A stretch of DNA of 64,000 nucleotides from the human T2T-CHM13v2.0 reference genome, Homo sapiens: the NCBI RefSeq assembly GCF_009914755.1, contig NC_060931.1. The stretch is one strand, 5' to 3'. Below, piece after piece: positions 39,289-53,348 of the stretch (its first letter is position 1; each line of letters starts with the position of its first letter). A program made the translations under genes and the position numbers. The notes under the pieces are model-generated. The model was not told the DNA's origin. It saw nothing but the letters and a program-made list of their open reading frames with translations, and searched no databases.

Positions 39289-42200
39289 TGTCACAGACCC
39301 AGCTCAGGAAGCAGGTGATGTATTAGGCTGGAAGGGAGTAACAGAAAATAACTGGAGCCAGCTTAAGCCACAGTGTAATTTAACACAAGGATAAAGGGTG
39401 TTTAGCAGAAGTCAAGAGGTGATAGAAGTTCTGAAAAGGCACCACTAGGGCTGGGCTCTAGAATGGCTATCTCTCCAGCGCTGATTTTTATTCAATTTTG
39501 GCTGCTGAATGCTTTTCTCTCCCTGTACACCATCTCTTTTTCTCCAGGCCTCGTGGTGAGAATGAGATGGTCACTAAAGATTACAAATTCAGTTGCCATC
39601 ATTTCCCTACACTGATAAATACCAGGCTGGCTCTTTCTAAGCCTCAATTCAAAATCCCAAGAGAAAAAAACAGATCAGTCATGATCCAGCCATTAACCTT
39701 CTCACAGAGCACTCAGCAGGAGGCATGTATGTATATATTTAAAATCACATAAATATTACTTTTCCACTCAGCTCAAGCAAGGGAAGTGCTCCGTTTTTCT
39801 GTATGTACATTTGGTCTTGTTGCTTCTACATGATAGAGAGTACTCATACCCATTTCTTCAGAAATACATAGCCAGATTTTCTCCAGTTTTCTGCCAGAAT
39901 TGAAAATTCTTGTACAAATACCTTCATAGACTTGTATGATTGCTTTATAGGATTATATACCCAGAGCAAGTCATGATTGCTGAGACATGGAATTCTATGC
40001 ATATTTTATCTATCTAAATACCACCACGGGTTCTTCAGGATCACTGTATACATCTGCAATCCCACATAAAAGTGAATAGGGTGTTTTCCTACATCCTAAT
40101 ATCTCCTTTAATCCTTATCCAGTGATCTAGATTGTTCTCAGTCTAGCAATGTAAAGAGATTCCAATCTCTGTCTCTCTTTCTCTCCACCCCCCACCCCTG
40201 CAACCCTCTCACCTACTGCCAGAATATCATCAGTGTTTACCATAAAGATACAGGTGACAATTTTTTAAAACTAAATAAAACCAATAATTTAAAGGAACTG
40301 AGAGATTACGTTATACTACTATAATAATAACTGGCAGCAATCTAGAAGGCTGAATAATGTTCTCTCCCTCCTTTTCTTTCCTTTGCAATTTTCTAATTAC
40401 TAATGAGTTTGAGCACTTCTTCATGTGATAGTGGTCCTGGATTTCTGTTCTCAAAATGGCCTATCCATATCCGCTGGCAAATTCTCTATTGACAGTTCTA
40501 TATTTTCCTCAATGATTTGTAGGGGGTCCTGAGATATACAAGATATTAGTCTCCTTTCTGAAACTTTAGGCACTGGAAATACCACCACCCAATATGGCAC
40601 CACCTCTGTCCCAGACTTCAAAGAATCAGTAGATGTGGGAGGAACCAGGTGATCTCTTACCTTAGCAGGTGCATGCGTGTTATCTCCATTATGTGAATGA
40701 GACTTCTATCTTTCACTTCCACTCTGCTGAGTGCTCAACTTGCTGTCTCTTCCATTATTACTCATGTCTTTAAGCAGCATAGAAAAGTTACCAGCCATGG
40801 CTGTCCCCAAACTACTATCACCCACTGACAACCCTTTCCATCCAGAACTGCTGAAAAAATGCTTCACTCCATTTAGCTGTGCTTTTTTACAATATGGGGC
40901 AAATTTGATTCAAATTAATTCTTATTGCTCTTTTCTAAGTGAATTATGCTGCCTGGTTATAGCAAAGGACAGAAAAACTTCACACATCTTTTTGGAAGAC
41001 TTAATACTTGCCCACACATTATCTCTTTTAGGGCCAAATTCCATCCACTGCAAACACCTATCTCCTTGAGCTCTTGATATGACAGCTGATCCATTTTGAT
41101 TTCACAAATGCTTACAGAGCAACTCCCATTCACTGAGACATAAAGGCATTCAGAAACTTTCAGCTACACTACATGGAATTTTGGTCTCTGGGGAAAGGGA
41201 GAAGAGTAAAAAGAACCATAAAAATGTATTTCAAATAATGTGTATAAGGATGACAAAATATAGATTACTTTCATGAAAAACATTAGAACATTATATTGTC
41301 TTTGGGAGTGATTTATCAGTGGATAAATTAAAACAAATTCCTGAGGAAGTTTGGGAAAAAAATAAATTTAGGAAAACAAATTTTAAATGATTTCCTGAAA
41401 ACCATCAGGGTTTACCATAAAGTTAACAATTGAAAAAAATCAAATAATTTAATAGTGAATGAGAATATGAATACAGAAAATTCATATGAATATGGAATGA
41501 AATATTAGTAAAAATGTGTTTGAGAACACTTACAAATGAATTTTGTTGTCCAATTTGATTAAGAGTCTAGTCAAAGTGTTACTCTTTTAAACTACTTGTA
41601 ATAGTGTCAGTTTGACAATCTGGAACAAAAACCTTTAAAATGCTTATTTTTGGGAATTTGGCTCTAAATCAAAATAGATAGTTGTTACTGTACTTGTTCT
41701 ATTGCCTTAAGCCACTATAAAACTTGACAAAAATTGTAAGACAACTATGTTCAGACATCAGACAACAGGCAGTACACGTCGCCATCTCTGGGAAAGAGGA
41801 AACCTAGAAGGGGAATTTCGCTATTGTCCTAAGACTCTGCCTTGGTATGACTTCTGGGCTGCACCACAAGTATATGAAGCCCAAGCAGTGGGCAGTGGTC
41901 TACCCAGCATAGGGAGGCAGAGATTGAGTTCAGAAGTATGGACATGGCTGATAGTGATAGGGATAAGCTACTGCAGAGAAGGAAGCTATGCAGAATAAGA
42001 CCTCCAAATATTTTATGAGGTCCCCTTAAGTCTTTGGTCAAAAACTAAGCAGCAAATGCATGGGAAACGCCTCCATAAGACCTGGCAGAGAACAGTTGCT
42101 GGGTAGTTGTGAGAGGAATAGAGATTCTGACAGTCATACGAGCGTGGGAGACATGAATCCTGACTGGGCAGAGCTGAGAGGCCTTGCTGAAACCCCTGGG

Positions 42201-43178
42201 AATGCAGCTGGCACCACATAAGGGTCACATCTCAAGAGAAGGACTACCAACGTCCTAGAGTAAACCACTCCAGAACTGCCCTAACAAAGCTCAGCAAGTC
42301 TCAAAAGGATCTCGCTGATCTTCCAATAAGTTCACTGCCTTTTGAAGAAAAATATCTCAGCACTCTCTAAATAAAGGCAAATATAAACATATACATATAT
42401 ATAATCTGTAGATATATAAGTCTGTAGAGAGATATGTATCTCTAGAGTGTCAACAATGCAGCATCTACAATTTTGATCTTGACATGAAAAAAAATATTAG
42501 ACATGGGAAGAACTAGGAAATGTTACACATGGGAAAAAAATAAACAATAAAAACCAACCCTGAAATAATACAAATGTTGGAAATTTCAGATGAGAATTTT
42601 CAAGCAGTTATTATAGAAATATGTTCAAGAATTTGGAGGAAAATATGGTCATGATTTAATCAACTGATGAAATTGATTAACCCATAGCAATCAAGACAAA
42701 AAGGGGAAAGACACAAATTACCATATCAATGATGAAGGAAAGCATATGTCTATAGATACAAAAGACATTAAAATAGCGACAGAATATTATAAGTATATGC
42801 AATACATTCTTCAACTTAGATGAAATGAAATTTCTTGAATAATACCACTTACCAAAATGATTCAAAATGAAATAAGAAATGTAAAGAACTTCAAATGAAG
42901 GAAGTTAAATTTTTTATCAAAAGCCTTCCCTCAAAGGAAACTCCAGACCTGAATTATTTCTTCATGAATTCTATTCTAAAATTAAGGAAAAAAGACTATC
43001 CATCTTACATAAATTTTTTAAGAAAATAGAAGAGGCAGAAACACTTCACAACACTTTTATAAACCCAGCAAAAACCTAATGCCAAAATCTGTCAAATGCA
43101 TTACAGAACAGTATCTTTTATGGCTGCAAATGAAAGAAAACTTTTCACAATATATTAACAAATTAAATCCAAATATGT

Positions 43179-45694
43179 CTCAATAAAATACTGGCAAACT
43201 GGATCCAGGAGCACATCAAAAAGCTTATCCACCACGATCAAGTTGGCTTCACTCCCGGGATGCAAGGGTGGTTCGACATATGCAAATCAATAAACGTAAT
43301 TCATCACATTAACAGATCTAAAGACAGAAACCACGTGATTATCTCAATAGATGCAGAGAAGGCCTTCAATAAAATTCAACATCATGTTAAAATCTCAATA
43401 AACTAGGTATTGAGGAACATACCTCAAAATAATAAGAGCTATTTATGACAAACCCACAGCCAATATCATACTGAATGGGCAAAAGCTAGAAGCGTTCCCC
43501 TTGAAAACGAGCACAAGACAAGGATGCCCTCTCTCATCACTCCTATTCAACATAGTATTGGGAGTTCTGGCCAGAGCAATCATGCAAGAGAATGAAATAC
43601 AAAGTATTCAAATAGGAAGGGAGAAAGTCAGATTGTCTTTGTTTGCAGATGACATAATCCTATATCTAGAAAACCCCATTGTCTCAGCTCAAAAGCTTCT
43701 TAAGCTGATAAGCAGCTTCAGCAAAATCTCAGGATACAAAATCAAAGTACAGAAGTCACAAGCATTTCAATACATCAACAACAGGCAAGCAGAGAACAAA
43801 ATCATGAATGAACTCCCATTCACAATTGCTACAGAGATAATAAAATACCTAGGAACATAGCTAACAAGGGAAGTGAAGGACTTCTTCAAGAATAATTACA
43901 AACCACTGCTCAAGGAAACCAGAGAAGACACAAACAAATGGAAAAAGATTTAATCCTCATGGATAGGAAGACTCAATATCATGAAAACTGCCATATTGTA
44001 CATAGTAATTTATAGAGTCAATGCTATTCCCATTAAACTACCATTGACATTCTTCACAGAATTAGGAAAAACTATTTTAAAATTCATATGGAACCAAAAA
44101 AGAGCCCAAACAGCTAAGACAATCATAAGCAAAAAGAACAAAGCTGGAGGCGTCATGCTACCGGACTTCAAACTATAAGGCTACAATAACCAAAACAGCA
44201 TAGTACTGGTACAAAAACAGACATATAGACCAATGGAACAGAGTAGAGAACTCAGAAATGGATCACACATCTACACCATCTGATCTTCGACAAACCTGAC
44301 AAAAACAAGCAATGGGGAAAGGATTCCCTATTTAATAAAAGGTGTGGGGAGAACTGGTTAACCATTTGCAGATAATTGAAACTAGACCTCTTCCTCACAC
44401 CTTATACTAAAACTAAATCAAGATAGATTAAAGATTACATGGAAAACCCAAAACTATAAAAACCCTAGAATAAAATCTAGGCTATATCATTCAGATATAG
44501 GCACATAGATTTCATGATGAAATCATCAAAAGCAATTACAACAAAAGCAAAAATTGACAAATGGGATCTAAAGAGCTTCTGTACAGCAAAAGAAATTATC
44601 ATCATAGTGAACAGGAAACCTACAGAGTGGGAGAAAATTCTGTAGTCTATCCATCTGACAAAGATCTAATACCCAGAATCTACAAGAAATTCAAACAAAT
44701 TTACAAGAAAAAAACAAACAATCCTATTAAAAAGTGGGCAAAGGACATGAACAGACACTTCTCAAAAGAAGACATTCATGAGGCCAACAAACATACCAAA
44801 AAAAAAATCTCAACACCACTGATCATTAGAGAAATGCAAATCAAAACCACAATGAGATACCATCTCATACCAGTCAGAACAGCCATTATGAAAATGCTGG
44901 CAAGGTTGTGGAGAAATAGGAATGCTTTTCCACTGTTGGTTAGAACATAAATTAGTTTAACCATTGTGGAAGATAGTGTGGTGCTTCCTCAAAGATCTAG
45001 AACCGGAAATACCATTTGACCCAGAAATCCCATTACTGGGTATATATCCAGAGAAATATAAATCATTCTATTACAAAGATACATGCATGCATATGTTCAT
45101 TGCAGTACTATTCGTAATAGCAAAGACATGGAATCAACCCAAATCCCCATCAACGATAGACTGGATAAAGAAAATGGTACATGTACACCATGGAATACTA
45201 TGCAGCCATAAAAATGAATGAGATCATGTCCTTTGCAGGGACATGGATGAAGCTGGAAGCTGTTATCCTCAACAAACTAACCCAGGAACAGAAAAACAAA
45301 TGTTGCATGTTCTCACTTATAAGTGGGAGCTAAACAATGAGAACACATGAACACAGGGAGAGGAACAACACACACTGGGGTCTGTTGGGGGGTGGAGTGG
45401 GGGGAGGGAGAGCATTAGGAAAAATAGGTAATGCATGCTGGACTTAATATCTAGGTGATGGGTTGATAGGTGTAGCAAAGCACCATGGCAAACATTTACC
45501 TATGTAACAAACCTGCCCATCCTGCACATGTACCCCAGAAATAAAAAAAAAAGAAAGTAGAGTTGCTATAAAGTACATCTACTGGGGGGGAGGTAAAACC
45601 AGATAATTCACTCAAATTTTGATGAACAAAAGCTTCCAAAAATTAATTTTCTTCAAAAAATAGAACATTTACTTTTGGATCAAAAATAAATAAA
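43179..45694 (+). mobile_element. 5'-truncated L1PA inserted into an older L1M, with a probable 3' transduction
   Basis: RT motifs [15 protein letters not shown] and [10 protein letters not shown]; 3'UTR and A tail to ~45553; TSD TAAATCCAAATATGT at 43164-43178 and 45695-45709. Confidence 0.9.
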
Positions 45695-45950
45695 TAAATC
45701 CAAATATGTATGGATATATGTATATATTTGTGTGCATATACATATGTGTATATGTGGACAATTCTACAACATGTCCAAGGGAGTTTATTGCAGGAGAAAC
45801 AGTGGTTTAGCATTCCAAAATCAATATACTTTTGCTGTACAGAAGCTCTTTAGATCCCATTTGTCAATTTTTGCTTCTCTCAACTAATGTGATCACCAAG
45901 AATAGTTCATATTCAGCTCCCAAATATTAATTCCACTCAAATTACTGCCC

Positions 45951-45964
45951 ACAGCAGGGGGCAC
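45951..45964 (+). promoter_or_regulatory. CTCF-like motif
   Basis: ACAGCAGGGGGCAC. Confidence 0.6.
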
Positions 45965-46509
45965 CAAAACAGCATGTTTACTTTAAGAATTGCAAATAAG
46001 GGCAATGATTTTTTTTTTTTTACGTTGAAGACAAAGCCAAAATAAAAGTTTTTATGATCATTGTCTTGTTTATATTCATCAGATGCCTGGCTAAGGAATT
46101 TACTGGAACAAATCCGTATTTTCATTCATATTACTAATGGAGAACTCTAACCAAAAAGAGAAGAAGGGAGGGGACACTGGAATATGTCATCTGGAGTGTA
46201 GGCAAAGGCTGTAAAATGTGCTTGGGTACTCCTAAATAAAGCAACAACTATTCAAAATTACACAGGAGAGGCAGAAGTGGTGAAGGAGGAGGTAGATGAA
46301 CAAGAGAGGCCATGAGGAGTTGGTAATTACCAAAGATGACTCATGTGAGGACATGAAGGCTCATTGTTTATTAAGCCTACTTTGTATATGTTTGAAATTT
46401 TTAGAATTAAAAGTAAAAATATCTAAAAATAAGACTTTACCAATTTGACATGCAGCAGGAATGATTAGGGTAGGATGCCATGGTGTATCCATGCATGAGG
46501 GAGGGTCAG

Positions 46510-47229
46510 TGATATGGACAGGAGACGGAAATACTGGGTAGAAGAGGGTGGTTTCCCAGCAAAGGCCCCACCCTCAAGCCTGGAGACCTGCAGCTGTAAA
46601 TGGGGACAAGCATTCCTGTTTTCATTCCCAAAAAGTTGTCTTTTGACCCACCATGCCCCCTTTCTTTTACCCATATAAACCCCAAACCCCAGGCTTCAGA
46701 GGCAGAGAAGCAGGCTAGGAGACAAGCAGAGGGAGGGCAGAACAACGTGGCAGAGAAAAAGAGGAGGAACGTCTGAAACCCGAGAGGAGTTCAGCTGGAG
46801 GTGGTCAGAGAAGAGTTCAGTCCCTGGATGGCCAAACTCCAAGGGGAAGATCATCTTCTCACTCCATCCCCCCTTCCAGCTCCCCATCCATCCCACTGAG
46901 AGCCACTGCCACCACTCAATAAAACCCCACATTCATCCTTCAAGCCCATGTGTGACCCAATTCTTCCAGGACGCTGGGCAAGAGCTCGGGACACAGAAAG
47001 CTGTCACACTGGCCCTCTGCCCTTGCAAAAAGGCAGAGGGTCCACTGAGCTGGTTAACACTCAAGCCGTGTGCAGATGGCAGAACTATCTGCCCACTTGG
47101 GCTCCTGCATCTGTCCCTCTGTGTGTTCCCTTTCCCCTCAGGGGTTTGAGCAGTTGCAGCAACTGAAAAGGTGAGCAACACTCCTGTCGCACGTCCTTCC
47201 AGGGGGGTCAGGGAACTCTTCCTTTTTCA
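46510..47229 (+). mobile_element. MER50-like ERV1 solo LTR
   Basis: TGATATGGACAGGAGACGGAAATACTGGGTAGAAGAGGG...CTTTTTCA; AATAAA at ~46918; flanks TCAG/CCAG. Confidence 0.75.
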
Positions 47230-47994
47230 CCAGGACGAGCACAGATCTGAAGCAGCAAAGAGCCAGTTGTTTATTACATTGAACAATGTTTCACACTATC
47301 ACCATAACTGTTCTGTACTTGCAATCTGCTGCATTAAATATTAGCTCTTTCCTCCTAAAGTCAGGAATAATTTGTGTTAGAATAAAATGAATTCTTTAAT
47401 GAACAACTGTATTTTCAGCTAATTCAAAATAGGAATGAAGGCGTTAAGTACTTCTTTGAAGCACATACCCACATTAAACTAACATCTTTCTACAATAAGC
47501 CAATATTTTTAATAAAGCTCTGTGCCCAGAAAACATTGACCAGAAAAGCAGGAGCCACCAAAAAATAGGAGCAATTTGAAACAAAGTTAGGAATCCTGTC
47601 CTTCTTACAACAAAAAAGTCTCAAACTTTACAGAGAATGTATTCAAATTGCATAGTTTACCAAGAACTGAGTTAGAATAAATGATTAAATGCAGAAAAAA
47701 AGGAGAAGAGTTATAATGTCCTATCATTCAAGTGAGACTAGACTTCCTTTATTCGAAATTCAATTTGGTTTTGAATTTTCTCCAGCCTGTTTTATCAGGA
47801 GGATGATGTCACCTTGAACAACTGAAATGGATATGCCCTGAGAAAGGGGAGAGATACAACTCTCTGGTGGTTGCCAGTAAAGCGCCAGAAAAACAGAAGA
47901 GAAGCAAGTAGAAGAATTTCAGCATCTGCTAAGAACATATAATACATAAGCCAACATGGCATCTTTCTTTAAGACCCAGTACCTTGGGAGGGAC

Positions 47995-48011
47995 AATGAC
48001 ATCACTTCCTG
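47995..48011 (+). promoter_or_regulatory. Vbeta decamer plus ETS motif of TRBV24-1
   Basis: AATGACATCA overlapping ACTTCCTG, about 90 nt before the ATG. Confidence 0.7.
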
Positions 48012-48093
48012 AATCCTCCCAGTTTTCTATTTCCATGCCCTGCTTCCCTCAACATCCAGAGCTGGAAACACCTCCATCCTGCCTCTTCATGCC

Positions 48094-48570
48094 ATGGCCT
48101 CCCTGCTCTTCTTCTGTGGGGCCTTTTATCTCCTGGGAACAGGTGAGTTTGGAACACAGATGGGGAAATCACTGCCTTAAATTTTCCAGGTTCTGAATTA
48201 AGCCTATCCTCAGAGATTGCAGCACGAGGATATTTACCAGTTTCTGTCTTCAATTTCTGTCTTATTTCCCACAGGGTCCATGGATGCTGATGTTACCCAG
48301 ACCCCAAGGAATAGGATCACAAAGACAGGAAAGAGGATTATGCTGGAATGTTCTCAGACTAAGGGTCATGATAGAATGTACTGGTATCGACAAGACCCAG
48401 GACTGGGCCTACGGTTGATCTATTACTCCTTTGATGTCAAAGATATAAACAAAGGAGAGATCTCTGATGGATACAGTGTCTCTCGACAGGCACAGGCTAA
48501 ATTCTCCCTGTCCCTAGAGTCTGCCATCCCCAACCAGACAGCTCTTTACTTCTGTGCCACCAGTGATTTG
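48094..48570 (+). CDS. TRBV24-1: TCR beta variable 24-1 (exon1 48094-48142, exon2 48275-48570)
   Basis: [33 protein letters not shown]...[15 protein letters not shown]...YFCATSDL. Confidence 0.97.
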
Positions 48571-48609
48571 CACAGTGCTTCTTGGCCACCTGCTCTCTAC
48601 ACAGAAAGA
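48571..48609 (+). other. 23-RSS of TRBV24-1
   Basis: CACAGTG + 23 nt + ACAGAAAGA. Confidence 0.95.
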
Positions 48610-51265
48610 CAGACACATGGGTGAGTTGTTTGCTCTGAAGGGTACCTGGATGTGGGTTGTGGGATGTGGGGTGTTTAGAGCTTTCAGTGGTCTTAGGTAG
48701 TGTGAGCTAAGGGCCACTTTGGATCAATGTCCCCAAGCCATGTGATGACTCTGAAAGCACAGGCTACACTGAATCAATCTCCCCTGTCTATTTATTTTTC
48801 CTAGGGAGCTAGACGAATGGTGACCTTTCAGGAGAAGGAACTTGAGCATTTGACAGAAGCTCATGATTTTCAACAAGAGCATTTCTTATGAGCTGAATAC
48901 AATGCAGTTTTTATAGTCCTTTTGCCATTATTTCCACCCACTTTGCAACATCCCACACTTTGTTCTGTTCCCACTGACAGCTCCTTTATCCTGTCTAACC
49001 TTTCTCTGCCCCAGTTCTTCCAAGCTCAGCTCCACCATTTAGCTCTATAATTGATTGCCTTTCTACTAAAAACAAAATAACTAGCTTGTTTTCTAAAACT
49101 TCACTGTAAGTAAATTTAATTGTCATTAAATCTGACTCAGAAGTTAAAGTTCAAGTAACAGAGACTGTGATTTACAAAAGTAATTTTTCATCTACTACCC
49201 CACACTTTGATCTCTGCTGAGATTCATTTTAACCTGCAGGTGCAGATAGACTTGCATTATTATCTGGATGTACTGAATTTCAAAAAATAAAATTCCCTGT
49301 CCCCAGTATGAGGTCAAAGCTAGGAGCTTGGAAGTGCCCCTTGTTTCCAGGCACTAGAATAATTCCCTGGTTCCCCTGCTGTGGGGATTCTTTTAGGAGC
49401 CAGTGAGGCCCAGGCACAAAAATAATTGATCAAGGACTGCCAGAGCTTGACGTAAAAGTCTTCCTGAGAATCAAGTTGATGTCTTCCTCATGGATTTAGT
49501 CTTCTTGTCCCATAAGCCTCAATTATTTCAGCAAACGAATCCATGGGACTTGGTGACTGTTCAGAAATGAAGAATCCAACTTGTTCCCTTTTCTACCTGT
49601 TCTCATGTGTAAAGCGTGTTACTTTTAGGGATTCTTTCTCATTGGCTTCCATTTAAAAAACAGGTTTCTCCAGAGTTTTGTTTCCTGCTTTCTATGCACA
49701 CCTCATCAAGTCTTATCAGCAATAATAATTCTTCCCTTACAAGCTGTTAACTGTCCCAGTTAATTGTCTCCTGGACATTTCTGATAGATTTCCCCAGGAT
49801 TTTTCCTTCTGCCCTCCTTTTTCCTCAGTACACATGTCTTTCCTCAACCTTCGCATTCATTGTCATGACAACTTCTTTCATAGGTTCCTGCCTGGCAAAT
49901 TCAACTATCTACTGGACACTTGAAGCTGGATGCTCCATAGGCAATTCAAACTCAGTTTATCCCTGAAATAAACTGCCTCTCCATCCTTGCACTTGCCCAT
50001 TTTGGCCACACACTGTATTTCTATCTCAGTGATTGGAACAGCCCTTCTAGGTTCCTCATTTTTGCTATGCCTCATATTAAATCAGTTTCTAAATCTATTA
50101 CTTGTATATCACACATTGTCATAGTTTGTGTTCTCCAAAAGCAGATTTTGAGAGGAAAATTAGTGTGCGGGAAGGTTTGTGGAAACTGCCCTTGCAGTCC
50201 ACGTGGGCAGAGGGAAATGGGGCAGAGGGAGAAGTTGGGCTTTGCTGTATCCTCAACAAAGTCCTTCACTCACCCCACAGGGAGCTCTGAGTCTGGATGG
50301 TCCTTTAGTGCCATCCCAAGGTGAGATGGCAGGTCTTATTCCCACTTTCCTTGTAACCATGTCATTATATGTGAGTTGCTCTGAGAAGCACTCATGAATT
50401 TGATGGGGAGGAAGTGTCTCTTTAGAACAAGACCATTCACAGAGAGATGTCGGCATCACAGTTTCTAATATACACATATTTATCTGATTCAGTTACCCCT
50501 CTCCCTCCTCATTGCTTCTACCTCAGTGCAGACCCTCATCACTCATTGCCTAGAAATAAATGCAATGCCCTCTCCCTGGCTTACTAGCTTCTTACCCCTT
50601 TCCCTTACCCTATTTCTCACATTGCCACCAGCATGACCACATATGACATTCCTCACACAACACACAAAGCCCTTTGGAAATGGTTCTCCAACTAAACATC
50701 TGGCCAAATTGGCCGAATTCACTCCAGCACTTTAGACTGTAGCTGAACTGAACTTTTTATATTTCCCTGAATATACCAGCCTGAATTGCACAGGTGTACC
50801 TTTGCCAAAGCTCTTTCCTTCATCTGAAATGAGCTTCTTTATTCCTTTTTTGTCAAAACTAATTTTTTAATTGCAAATTTTATTACAGATTAGTGGGCAC
50901 ATGTTGTGCAGGTTTGTCACATGGGTAAATTGCGTGATGCTGAGACTTCAGGTCCCAACAATCCCATCACCCAGGACATAAGCATAGAATCCAACAGGTG
51001 ATTGTTCAGCCCATGCCCTGCTCCCTCCTTCTCCCATCTAGTGAGCCCCAGTGTCTATGGTTTCTATCTTTACAATCATGTGTATTCATTTAGCTCCCAC
51101 TTAAAAGAACATATAGTATTTGATTTTCTGTTCTTGCATTAATTGCTTAAGATAATGTCCTCCAGCTCCATCCATGTTGCATAAAGGGAATGATTTTGTT
51201 CTTTTATGGCTGCATGGTATTCCATGGTGTATATGTACCACATTTTCTTTATCCAGTTCACTGTT

Positions 51266-51584
<319 letters not shown>

Positions 51585-53348
51585 CCAGTTCACTGTTAAT
51601 GGGTGCTTAGGTTGATTCAATGTCCTTGCTATTGTGTATAGTGCAGCAATGAACATAATGGGTACATGTGTCCTTATGACAGAATAAATTATTTCCCTTT
51701 GGGTATATATCCAGTAGTGGGATTGCTGGGTCAAATGGTAGCTCCATTTTAAGTTCTTTGAGAAATCTCCAAACTGCTTTACACAGTGGCTGAACTGGTT
51801 TGCATTCCCACTAACAGTGTATAAGTGTTCCCTTTCTTCTGCAGCCTCACCAACATCTATTGTTTGAAATAAATCTTGAGTGCCTGGCTAATCCTCACAT
51901 ATCCTTTAATTCTCAGATCAAAGATGAGCTTATCTATAACAGTTTTTCCAATGTCTGTAGACAAAGATTCAGCTTTTCTCTTGTGTGTGATAGTTTATGC
52001 ATTTCAAAGTTATCATAGTTGTTATGTCCCTTCATACTTCTTTAACTTTTATTTTGGGTTCATGGGGACATGTACAGGTTTGTTATAATAAACAGTTATA
52101 TGCAAAACTGTGATGCTGATCTCTTTCTTTTTATGGCTGCATAGTATTCCGTGATGTATATGTACTATATTTTCTTCATCCAGCTTACTGTTGGCGGCCT
52201 TTTAGGTTGATTCCATGTGTCTGCTATTGTGAATAGTGCTGCAATGAACATCTGTGTGCATGTGTCTTTATGATAGAATGATTTCTACTCTTTTGGGTAT
52301 ATGCACAATAATGGGACTGCTGGGTCAAATGGAAGTTCTGTTTTCAGTTCTTTGAGGAATCACCATACTGCTTTCCATGATGGCTGAACTAATTTACACT
52401 CTCACCAGCAGCATATAAGCAATCCCTTTTCTCAGCAGCCTTGTAAGGATCTGTTATTTTTTGACTTCTGATAATAACCATTCTGCCTGGTGTGAGATGG
52501 TATCTCATTGTAGTTTTGATTTGCATTTCTCTGATGATTAGTGATGTTGAGCATTTTTTCATATGTGTGTTGATCACATGTATACCTTTTGCTGAAAAGT
52601 GTCTGTTCATGCCCTTTGCCCACTTTTTAATGGGGTTATCTGTTTTCTGCTTGTAAGTTTAAGTTCCTTATAGAATCTGGATATTAGACCTTTGATGCAT
52701 ATATAGTCTGCAAATATTTTCTCCCATTCTGTAGTTTGTCTATTTACTCTGTTGATAGTTTCATTTGCTGTGCAGAAGCTCTTTAATTAGGTCTCATTTG
52801 TCAATTTTTGATTTTTTTGAAATTGCTTTTGGTATCTTCATCATGAAATCTTTGCCAAGTCATATGATTAGGATGGTATAATATTTCCTAGGTTATCTTC
52901 CAGGGGCTTTATAGCTTTAGGTTTATATTTAAGTCTTTAATCCATCTTGGGTTGATTTTTGTATATGGTATAAGGAAGGGATCTAGTTCAATCTTTTGCA
53001 TATGGCTAGCCAGTTATCCCCAGCACCATGTGTTGAATAAGGAGTTCTTTCCCCGTTGCTTGTTCTAGTCAGCTTTGTCAAAGACCAGATGGCTGTAGGT
53101 ATGTGGCATTATTTCCTGGCTCTCTATTCTATCCCATTGGTCTATATCTGTTTTTGTACAGTACACCATGCTGTTTTAGTTACTGTACCCTTGCAGTGTA
53201 GGTTAAAGTTGGTAACATGATGCCTCTAGCCCTTGTTCTTTTGACTTAGGATTGCCTTGGCTATTTGGGCTTTTTGGTTCCACATGAATTTTAAAATACT
53301 GTTTTTTCTAATTCTGTGAAAAACGTCATTAGTAGTTTGATAGGAATA

